Source: a virus
Direction: 5' to 3' (one strand)
IMG/VR virus record: IMGVR_UViG_3300045988_045810
Coordinates: 1 to 39,635 of that record
Length of the DNA: 39,635 nucleotides
Part shown: piece by piece, positions 24,520-31,201 of the stretch
How the letters are laid out: each line of letters starts with the position of its first letter
How positions within the stretch are numbered: the first letter of the stretch is position 1
Translations under genes and position numbers: made by a program
The notes under the pieces: model-generated
The model's input: only the letters and a program-made list of their open reading frames with translations
Databases searched by the model: none
Told to the model about the DNA's origin: nothing

Positions 24520-25380
24520 ATGGGAGCAATCGCACAGCAGGCGCAAGGGCAGCAGTTGCAGCCGCTCAATCCGAAGGGCAAGCTCAAGCAGCTTGTGGAG
24601 CATTCATGGCCGCAGATCGCACGCGTCATCGGTGGCAACCTCGACAGCGAGGCGCTGTTGCAGATGTGCATCAGCAGCATCAACCGCACACCCGCCTTGG
24701 CCGACTGCACGCCGGTCAGCGTCCTTTCCTGCTTCATGCAATGCGCGGCACTTGGCCTGCGCCCGTCCGACGTGGACGGATTGGGACAGGCGTACATCCT
24801 GCCCTATGGCAACAAGAACTATGCCACGGGGGAGAAGCAGGCCACGTTCGTCATCGGCTACAAGGGCATGCTGAAACTGTTGGAGAACAGTGGAATCTAC
24901 GCGCAGCCGCGAGCAGTCTACGAGGATGACAACATCAAGCTCAAGCTTGACGAAAATGGCGTGCCGACCATCGAATGCCCCGACGAGGTGAACGTGGACG
25001 CCGACCACAGCGAGGACAAGCTGAAATTCGTGTACCTCTCCGTCCAGCTGCCGAATGGCGGACGCTACGCCGACTACATGTCACGTCGTGACCTGCTCGA
25101 ATACCGCGAGAAGTACGCTCCACGCAATCGCAGCCGTCAGATCACCGGCCCGTGGGTGAAGAACTTCGTGGAGATGGCGAAGAAGACCATCATCCGTCGC
25201 AGTTTCAAATATCTGCCGGTCAACATCGAGGCGAAGAAGGCCGCGAGCGTGGACGAGACCACACCGGATTACAGCGACGTGTTCCAGCCGGTGATAACCC
25301 CGGATTCCACGGATGACGTGACCGCCGAAGTCATGGACACCGACACTGAGGCCGATTCGGAAGCAAAGGATGGTGAGTGA
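24520..25380 (+). CDS. recT: RecT-family single-strand annealing protein
   Basis: CFMQCAALGLRP...AYILPYGNK...FVIGYKGMLKL pattern. SD AAAGGAG. Confidence 0.8.
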   Translation: MGAIAQQAQGQQLQPLNPKGKLKQLVEHSWPQIARVIGGNLDSEALLQMCISSINRTPALADCTPVSVLSCFMQCAALGLRPSDVDGLGQAYILPYGNKNYATGEKQATFVIGYKGMLKLLENSGIYAQPRAVYEDDNIKLKLDENGVPTIECPDEVNVDADHSEDKLKFVYLSVQLPNGGRYADYMSRRDLLEYREKYAPRNRSRQITGPWVKNFVEMAKKTIIRRSFKYLPVNIEAKKAASVDETTPDYSDVFQPVITPDSTDDVTAEVMDTDTEADSEAKDGE

Positions 25381-25868
25381 TGGCCGGAGAAACCGTAATC
25401 ACCGTGGTGGGCAATCTGACCGCCGACCCTGAGATTCGCACTTTGAGCAATGGCGGCACGGTGGCGAATTTCAGCATCGCGTCCACGCCACGCGTATACA
25501 ACAGCCAGGCCAACCAGTGGGAGGACGGTCAGGCGCTGTTCCTCCGCTGCTCGGCCTGGCGTGACCTCGCCTCGCATTGCGCCCAGACGCTCCGCAAGGG
25601 CATGCGCGTCATCGCCCAGGGCAGGCTGCAGCAGCGCTCCTATCAGGCGCAGGACGGTTCCAACCGTACCGTCATCGAAATGACCGTGGACGAGATAGGA
25701 CCGTCGCTCCGTTATGCGACGGCGCAGGTGCAGAAGATGCAGTCAGGCGGATACCAAGGCGGCAACGCCAATGGTGGCGGCTATCAGCAGCCGCAGCAGG
25801 CACAGCAGCAGTCGCAGGCTCCGGCAGATGACCCGTGGGGCGCTCCGGCTGGAGAGCCTGACTTCTGA
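25377..25868 (+). CDS. ssb: Single-stranded DNA-binding protein
   Basis: VVGNLTADPEIRTLSNGGTVANFSIAS OB-fold start. Gly/Gln-rich linker. Acidic tail ending EPDF. Confidence 0.9.
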   Translation: MMAGETVITVVGNLTADPEIRTLSNGGTVANFSIASTPRVYNSQANQWEDGQALFLRCSAWRDLASHCAQTLRKGMRVIAQGRLQQRSYQAQDGSNRTVIEMTVDEIGPSLRYATAQVQKMQSGGYQGGNANGGGYQQPQQAQQQSQAPADDPWGAPAGEPDF

Positions 25869-25993
25869 TGCGTGAGTGGATTGAGCCGCCGGACGTGCTG
25901 CCCACATGTCCGATTCATGGGTGCGCGCTGTATCCGGCGCGCCCCATCCCATGCCCAATATGCGAGGAAGAAGCCGAGGAAGAGGAGGAATGA
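25868..25993 (+). CDS. 41-aa zinc-ribbon-like protein with a poly-Glu tail
   Basis: TGATG overlap with ssb and ATGA overlap with rusA. MREWIEPPDVLPTCPIHGCALYPARPIPCPICEEEAEEEEE. Confidence 0.45.
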   Translation: MREWIEPPDVLPTCPIHGCALYPARPIPCPICEEEAEEEEE

Positions 25994-26382
25994 TGATGCA
26001 GGAATTCGTCGTGGACATTCCACGGGACGAATGGTGGACGCAAAACCGTCGCGGCCACTGGCGGGTGAAATTCGCGCACACAAGCGCAGTCAAACAGCGT
26101 GCCATGGCATTCGCCAGATTCTGGCTCCAAAACGGCCACCACCGTCCACAACACTTCCCAGTGCACGTCACCGCGACCATCCACCCATTGACCCACGGGC
26201 GCTTCGACCCGGAGAACGCGGCACCCATGGTCAAAGCCATCCTTGACGCGCTCACCGATACCGGCTTCTGGCCCGACGATGACTCAAAGCATCTCATCGG
26301 CCCCGACTACCGCGGCGGAGAGCCAAGCAGCCGAAAAGGCTGGTACCGAATCACAATCCGAATCGAAGAAGAGGAACACTAA
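25990..26382 (+). CDS. rusA: RusA-family Holliday junction resolvase
   Basis: RFDPENAAPMVKAILDALTDTGFWPDDDSKHL matches the RusA acidic catalytic motif pattern. The start is one of three consecutive ATGs. Confidence 0.7.
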   Translation: MMMQEFVVDIPRDEWWTQNRRGHWRVKFAHTSAVKQRAMAFARFWLQNGHHRPQHFPVHVTATIHPLTHGRFDPENAAPMVKAILDALTDTGFWPDDDSKHLIGPDYRGGEPSSRKGWYRITIRIEEEEH

Positions 26383-26384
26383 TC

Positions 26385-26624
26385 ATGGCTACGAACGTGA
26401 CCGAAAAAGACAAGACGCTCAACGAGATCATCGACTGGGCGAAAAGTCGCTGTCATGAAGCCGCACTTTCCAGATTCGACGTTCGCAGAAAGAGCGACCG
26501 AGACTTCTATGACGGCCAAGTTAACGCATTCCATGAAATGCTAGAGCTTTGCCGTTCCATGCTCGGCTATTCCGGCACCATGCCTTCCGAGGTGCCTAAC
26601 CAAAGCGAGGACGCGAAGGAATAA
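26385..26624 (+). CDS. Hypothetical protein
   Basis: 79-aa ORF at the start of a lower-GC stretch. Confidence 0.6.
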   Translation: MATNVTEKDKTLNEIIDWAKSRCHEAALSRFDVRRKSDRDFYDGQVNAFHEMLELCRSMLGYSGTMPSEVPNQSEDAKE

Positions 26625-26626
26625 TC

Positions 26627-26866
26627 ATGTGGTTCAAACGCAGACGCAACGAATATGGGTGTCCAATGTGCGGCAGACTACCTGTCATCAAAGAAGGAGA
26701 AACAGAGAAATACCATGAAACCATCGAAGCCGTGAAAACAATAACCATATACCGGCTTCAATGCCCCCGAAACCACCTTTCTACAAACTGGTACAGCGAC
26801 CCTATGAATGCAAGCATCAACTGGAAACACGTCGTTGACGAATACAAGAAGGAGGACACGAAATGA
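26627..26866 (+). CDS. Zinc-ribbon protein, tentatively Lar-like restriction alleviation family
   Basis: CPMCG ... C ... NASINWKHV resembles the Lar-family CxxCG ... AIxxWN layout. Weak, motif level only. Confidence 0.35.
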   Translation: MWFKRRRNEYGCPMCGRLPVIKEGETEKYHETIEAVKTITIYRLQCPRNHLSTNWYSDPMNASINWKHVVDEYKKEDTK

Positions 26867-27069
26867 GCAGTCAATACAAGGTTTGCCCGCTGTTTTGGGC
26901 TGATCGCGGCAGCGGCCGTCGCTTAGTCAATATGGAGGCGCTTGAAGAGCTGCTGAACGAGGGTTGGAAGATTCTGCGGGTGGATACCATGCCGGCAACG
27001 GAATTGCGTGATAACGCCGTCACAGCGACGAACGTCTACATCCTTGAGAGGGAGGCTAATGATGATTAG
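26863..27069 (+). CDS. Hypothetical protein
   Basis: AAGGAGGACACGAA precedes the ATG. ATGA overlap. Confidence 0.6.
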   Translation: MSSQYKVCPLFWADRGSGRRLVNMEALEELLNEGWKILRVDTMPATELRDNAVTATNVYILEREANDD

Positions 27070-27310
27070 TCAATACGACAAGGACATGTGTTGCCTGTAT
27101 ATCGCTGAGGGGATGAACTACATCTGGCAACAACGAGAGAACCAAGAGCTTTCCCGAATACTTGAATCATTGGCCGATAGGAAGCTCATGAAGCGTGTCC
27201 ATGGCGGGTATGCGATCACACTCAAGGGCCTGTTGGCAGTCAAGGTGTGGAGACTTCACCTGTTCCTGTTCCATCACGATGAATGCAAGTACTTCAGGAG
27301 GAAGAAATGA
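27059..27310 (+). CDS. Hypothetical protein (possible small winged-helix)
   Basis: GGGAGGCTA precedes the ATGATG start. Overlaps the upstream stop. Confidence 0.5.
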   Translation: MMISQYDKDMCCLYIAEGMNYIWQQRENQELSRILESLADRKLMKRVHGGYAITLKGLLAVKVWRLHLFLFHHDECKYFRRKK

Positions 27311-27792
27311 GCAGGACTGAAACCACCGCCATGCTGTCCAAGCTGGTCGAGAAGAGGTTGAAGAATCGCGTGAGCTATTGGGCTAGCGAGGTTAACTTCG
27401 ACCTTGGAACACCACGGAACAGGCGCATCGACTACATCGGATTCAAGCCTTTCACGCCCGGCTACGTGCTCGAACCAAGCAGTGTGGAACTCGGCACTTT
27501 CTCCTGCTATGAAATCAAGTCATGCATGGCTGATTTCAAATCGGGTCACGGGCTGACGTTCTACGGTGACGAAAACTATCTAGTCACCACGCCTGAGCTT
27601 GCGGATGAACTGCGCGTGGGCCACCAGATTCCGCGAGACATCGACCAAGTGTTGGTGCCCACGGCCAAAGGGGACAAGCTCAGATGCCTGTACGACGTGT
27701 CCTATGGAGACAAGCGGAATAGCTACAGGCGGCGTCCGGCGAGTGAGATGCTGTACGCCATGATCGAAGCGAACGGAAAGAGGACGAATTGA
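27307..27792 (+). CDS. MmcB-like PD-(D/E)XK nuclease
   Basis: AGGAGGAAGAA precedes the ATG. IDYIGF ... YEIKSCMADFKSG core motif layout. Confidence 0.55.
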   Translation: MSRTETTAMLSKLVEKRLKNRVSYWASEVNFDLGTPRNRRIDYIGFKPFTPGYVLEPSSVELGTFSCYEIKSCMADFKSGHGLTFYGDENYLVTTPELADELRVGHQIPRDIDQVLVPTAKGDKLRCLYDVSYGDKRNSYRRRPASEMLYAMIEANGKRTN

Positions 27793-28025
27793 GCATCCTG
27801 CTTGACGAGGCCAACGCTTATGAGCGTGGCATGGATGATGATTTGACTTTGGCGAAACGGCTCTGCTGGGACAGCTACGAATGGGATGGCGTCGATAGCG
27901 ACTGTGTGGCGAAAGACGAGGACGACGCATGGGATTACGCGGGGGAAATCTGCGGCTATCAGGAGGACTTCATCGACCGGGCGCGCGACCTGCTCGAAGT
28001 GGCACGCAAGGCGGTAAACGAATGA
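27789..28025 (+). CDS. Highly acidic 78-aa protein (TTG start)
   Basis: 23 Asp/Glu against 8 Arg/Lys by count. TTGA overlap. Confidence 0.55.
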   Translation: MSILLDEANAYERGMDDDLTLAKRLCWDSYEWDGVDSDCVAKDEDDAWDYAGEICGYQEDFIDRARDLLEVARKAVNE

Positions 28026-28156
28026 GCAAGGCAATCCGATATGTCGAGTGCGCCCACTGCGGCGAGACGGTGGGCAGCTATTACGTCACCTGCCCTTACT
28101 GCGGGTATCGGCTGGTGGACGCGAAGCAAGCCGTAATGATGGGTTTGTCATGGTGA
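28022..28156 (+). CDS. 44-aa zinc-ribbon protein
   Basis: CAHCG ... CPYCG. ATGA overlap. Confidence 0.5.
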   Translation: MSKAIRYVECAHCGETVGSYYVTCPYCGYRLVDAKQAVMMGLSW

Positions 28157-28329
28157 CGCTTGACCCGCCACCGGACTTGTTGGAGATCGCCGAAGCCCTG
28201 GACGCGATGGCGAAACCACACGTGGGAAGCGGCTGGGCGAACACCAACTACACCGACCTGCCCTGCACCACGCCACGGCAGGAGGCAATCTGGATGGAAT
28301 TCAACGGCATCACAAGAGGGGAGGATTGA
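28150..28329 (+). CDS. Hypothetical protein
   Basis: Overlaps both neighbouring genes, same strand. Confidence 0.5.
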   Translation: MVTLDPPPDLLEIAEALDAMAKPHVGSGWANTNYTDLPCTTPRQEAIWMEFNGITRGED

Positions 28330-29120
28330 TGGCAAGGCGCGGTTACGTGCAATTGGCCAATGGCTTCTATCTCAACCGGAAGGTACGCCGGTTGCGTCGC
28401 ACCATGCCCTCTGCCGTCAGTGCGTTCGTCGTCATGCTTTCCTACTGCGGTGACAACCTCACGGACGGCTTCGTGGACTCGGACACGGCGGAATTCGTGC
28501 TCGACATCACCACGCAGGAGCTTGACGCTTTGCAGCAGGTCGGATTGATCGAGGCCGTGGATGGCGGCTATGTCATCCACGATTATCTCGAACATAATCG
28601 GAGCCGTCAGCAGGTGATGGCCAAGCGCAAGCGTGAGCATGACCGGTATTCTGCTGGCAGTCTGCCGGCAGAAATTGCGCAGACTGCCGGCAGAATCGAA
28701 ACAGAATCGGGACAAACACCAGAACACCAGAACACCAGAACCCAAAAGAAAGAGAAAGAAGAATATTCTTCTTCTTTCTCCAAAGAAATCGGGCTGAACG
28801 ACTTCGAGCTGGTCAGGGAGAAAGCCCACGCCAATGCCGCCATAATCCGCGATTACCCGAATCTCGACCTGTCAGACGCGTGGAACGCATTCTTAAGCCG
28901 ACATTATGGCGAAAACCGCACGATAGCCGACTGGACGCGCCTGTGGAAGGGCTGGTGCCAACGCAGAGCCAAAATGAGCGGCATACCACCCTCGAAACGC
29001 CACGTGCACACGTGGAAATGCTCTCACGTGCTCGAAGCGCTCGGACGCGACGAAGAAACAGCACAGGCAGACGAAAAGGCCTGCGAATTAGCCGACAGAC
29101 TCAACAAGGAGAAATCATGA
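28326..29120 (+). CDS. Putative replication initiator / replisome organiser (N-terminal winged-helix-like domain)
   Basis: 264 aa. N-terminal domain, then a low-complexity linker that carries the ori-like repeats, then a C-terminal domain. This matches the lambda O-type layout. Confidence 0.5.
   Translation: MMARRGYVQLANGFYLNRKVRRLRRTMPSAVSAFVVMLSYCGDNLTDGFVDSDTAEFVLDITTQELDALQQVGLIEAVDGGYVIHDYLEHNRSRQQVMAKRKREHDRYSAGSLPAEIAQTAGRIETESGQTPEHQNTRTQKKEKEEYSSSFSKEIGLNDFELVREKAHANAAIIRDYPNLDLSDAWNAFLSRHYGENRTIADWTRLWKGWCQRRAKMSGIPPSKRHVHTWKCSHVLEALGRDEETAQADEKACELADRLNKEKS
28662..28773. repeat. ori-like repeat cluster inside the replication gene
   Basis: CTGCCGGCAGAA twice (28662, 28684), CAGAATCG twice (28691, 28702) and CACCAGAA three times in tandem (28717-28740). 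These are followed by the AT-rich palindrome AAGAAGAATATTCTTCTT (28756-28773). Confidence 0.5.
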
Positions 29121-29272
29121 AACACGAACCGGTAATCATGTACAGCCGAGAATGGTTGGAACACGAGCGCCGCAAAGCATGGCGAGAAGGCTACGCGGCC
29201 GGATGGAAAGACCAGGAATGCGACTTCCCGCCACACACCACAGAAAATCCATACAAGGAGACAACACGATGA
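29117..29272 (+). CDS. Hypothetical 51-aa protein
   Basis: ATGA overlap. Confidence 0.5.
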   Translation: MKHEPVIMYSREWLEHERRKAWREGYAAGWKDQECDFPPHTTENPYKETTR

Positions 29273-29418
29273 GAATCAAGAAAGTCCTCGAAGACATGAT
29301 CATCAAGTGGCATCAGGCCGGTTACGCGCTTGACGAGATCGCGCCGCTCGTGCCGCAGGTGCCGAAAGCCGAAATCGCCGCACTCATCCGCCAGCACGAC
29401 AAGGAGACCAGACTTTGA
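29269..29418 (+). CDS. Hypothetical 49-aa protein (HTH-like)
   Basis: ATGA overlap. WHQAGYALDEIAPLV. Confidence 0.5.
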   Translation: MRIKKVLEDMIIKWHQAGYALDEIAPLVPQVPKAEIAALIRQHDKETRL

Positions 29419-30167
29419 CCAACTGCCAGCACTGCCGGAAGCCAATGAAGCCGGTGGCCGCGAATCTGCTCTGCGCCAGCTGCCGAGAAAACTACTGGCA
29501 GCTGATCCGCCAGCTCGGACACGTCCAACTGCCCGCCCTGCGGAGCATCATGCTCCGACAGGCCCGCATCGGCACCCCAGCACACACGCCAAGCCGAGGC
29601 AACGCACCAATACCCATCGACACCCACGCTCAAGACCTCATCGCAGACAGCGAAGCATGGTTGGCGGAACAGGCGGGCAAAATACGCGCCGCATACGCTG
29701 GATACGACTGGCGGAAAGCGTGGTTCGCCATAATCAGCAACCGGCGCACCATCCTCGACATGAGCACTGCAGCAGACGATTACGCAGCCCTGGAACACAT
29801 CAGCCGACGCAACGAGACGGCCTTGACACCAGAAGAGGCAATGGTCATCATCGGCACATGCCCACAATGCGGCCACCAAGCCACCAGCACGCCACAGGCC
29901 GACGAATGGACATGCCCGCACTGCAAATGGCAAGGCGGAGTCCAAGCCATCAAAGCCACCCGCGACAACAAACTCTGGCAACTCGAATACACCGGAAAAC
30001 CAGTCGAAGTCGCAAGATACCTCTCCAAAATGGACATCCACTGCACAAGCGACCAGATCCGCCAATGGCTCACCAGAGGCAAACTCCACGCCACGCCGAC
30101 AAAACACAAAGGAGAGTACGTGTTCAACCTCGGAGAAATAACCGCCATGCTTGACTGTCACAATTAA
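29415..30167 (+). CDS. Zinc-ribbon plus C-terminal HTH protein (candidate late-gene regulator), TTG start
   Basis: CQHC...CASC and CPQC...CPHC pairs. C-terminal VEVARYLSKMDIHCTSDQIRQWL. Last gene before the late promoter. Confidence 0.55.
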   Translation: MTNCQHCRKPMKPVAANLLCASCRENYWQLIRQLGHVQLPALRSIMLRQARIGTPAHTPSRGNAPIPIDTHAQDLIADSEAWLAEQAGKIRAAYAGYDWRKAWFAIISNRRTILDMSTAADDYAALEHISRRNETALTPEEAMVIIGTCPQCGHQATSTPQADEWTCPHCKWQGGVQAIKATRDNKLWQLEYTGKPVEVARYLSKMDIHCTSDQIRQWLTRGKLHATPTKHKGEYVFNLGEITAMLDCHN

Positions 30168-30189
30168 AATGCTATACTGTCGTACAGTA
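30151..30189 (+). promoter_or_regulatory. Near-consensus promoter: TTGACT (30151-30156), 16 nt, TATACT (30173-30178), overlapped by the palindrome TACTGT-CGT-ACAGTA (30175-30189)
   Basis: Hexamers and spacer counted directly. Located upstream of the tRNA-like gene and the packaging operon. Confidence 0.6.
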
Positions 30190-30233
30190 GTAAAATGGTT
30201 CAGCCTGAAAGGGCTGGGCCATTATTCATATCA

Positions 30234-30388
30234 GCTTCGGTAGCTCAGTGGCAGAGCACGAGGGATAGCACAGATACCAGAGGACGGATACCAAACCGGC
30301 CATGGCTTCATGATTCTTTGCGAATGCCCGTGATCAGAGATAGTGCATCCCACACCATGCGCTGGTTCGACTCCAGCCCGAAGCACCA
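30234..30388 (+). tRNA. Aberrant tRNA-like gene: canonical acceptor, D and T arms plus an encoded CCA, but about 80 extra nt replace a recognisable anticodon arm
   Basis: GCTTCGG (30234-30240) pairs with CCGAAGC (30378-30384). D arm is GCTC-AGTGGCA-GAGC. T arm is GCTGG-TTCGACT-CCAGC. Then A-CCA at 30385-30388. I could not find an anticodon. Confidence 0.7.
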
Positions 30389-30403
30389 CAAGGCGGTGAC
30401 CAC

Positions 30404-30712
30404 ATGCCAGGAAGAACGCGCAAGACCAGCCGCCAATTCGAAAAAGACAAGGCCACATTCTTCACACAATGCAAGGCACAGCATGCAGGCTGCTGGTTGT
30501 GCGGCATGCCAATCGACTACAACGCAGTCAAGAACACCACAGATGACTCATTCAATCTCGATCACATGTTCCCGGTCAGCAAGCATCCCGAACTCCAATT
30601 CGACCCAGCAGGCTTCAAGCCGAGCCACACCAGCTGCAACCGCTTGAGAGGCAACCAAGATCCGCCAGCGCCAATCGGAACACTCTCAAGACAATGGATA
30701 ACAACAGCATGA
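30404..30712 (+). CDS. HNH endonuclease (packaging-associated type)
   Basis: CWLCG ... DHMFPVSKHPE ... SHTSCN matches the HNH motif. Immediately upstream of the terminase genes. Confidence 0.85.
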   Translation: MPGRTRKTSRQFEKDKATFFTQCKAQHAGCWLCGMPIDYNAVKNTTDDSFNLDHMFPVSKHPELQFDPAGFKPSHTSCNRLRGNQDPPAPIGTLSRQWITTA

Positions 30713-30852
30713 GCCCAACACGAGGGGTAGGGGCGGTGAAATCGTAAAACCAACGACAGAGCGCAAGACGTCCCGCGTGGTTGGTCTTCCTCTCCCCGAC
30801 AAGTGAAATTGTTGGCGGGTCGCGCGCGATGGCAGATTAGGGGGTGTTTTCG

Positions 30853-31191
30853 ATGAGTGCGAAGTTTCCGAGTCGGAATGTGGCGGAGGCGTTGGAGCGT
30901 TCGTTGAAGAACGCTGACCTCAAGGCTGTGAATTCTGCTGTTGTCGCTGCGGCTCGCGTGTTGGCTGAGCGTATCGATTATCTGACGTTCTCCGGTTTTG
31001 TCGATGAGAACGGCAAGCTCGACAACGTTTCGCTGCCGACGTTCCTCAAATATTGTCAGTCGCTTGGTTTGACGGTGGATGCTCCGGCTAAGGTTGGTCG
31101 TCCTGCGAAGCCGAAGGTTGAATCGAAGCCGGAGGCGCGTAAGAGCGACAAGGTTGTGCAGATGGAAGATTTCATGAAGCGTTTCGGCTAG
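30853..31191 (+). CDS. terS: Terminase small subunit
   Basis: Position between HNH and TerL. 112 aa with a basic C-terminal half. SD TAGGGGG. Confidence 0.65.
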   Translation: MSAKFPSRNVAEALERSLKNADLKAVNSAVVAAARVLAERIDYLTFSGFVDENGKLDNVSLPTFLKYCQSLGLTVDAPAKVGRPAKPKVESKPEARKSDKVVQMEDFMKRFG

Positions 31192-31201
31192 GAGGCGTTC
31201 G

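Noticed and set aside
14037-28740. A CRISPR array, considered because of the short tandem repeats (14037-14105, 16191-17897 region, 28717-28740).
   Set aside because: The repeats are contiguous, 8-15 bp long and have no spacers. No cas genes are present.
30175-30189. The palindrome at the late promoter as a LexA/SOS box.
   Set aside because: TACTGT-CGT-ACAGTA has the CTGT/ACAG half-sites but the wrong spacing for the E. coli-type box. It does not match the GAAC-N4-GTTC or TCGAAC-N4-GTTCGA boxes of Gram-positive or actinobacterial LexA.
30234-30388. The tRNA-like element as a tmRNA, as a group I intron-containing tRNA, or as a MITE inserted in a tRNA.
   Set aside because: There is no plausible tag ORF ending in a hydrophobic Ala-rich tail. 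The insert of about 80 nt is far below group I intron size. Removing the inverted-repeat-bounded segment (30262-30351) leaves only about 65 nt with no anticodon arm and no target-site duplication.
30195-30647. The 150-aa track ORF covering the tRNA-like element and the HNH gene in another frame.
   Set aside because: It has Ser/Thr/Arg/Pro-rich composition and no SD. It runs through a strongly structured RNA gene and overlaps the well-supported HNH frame.
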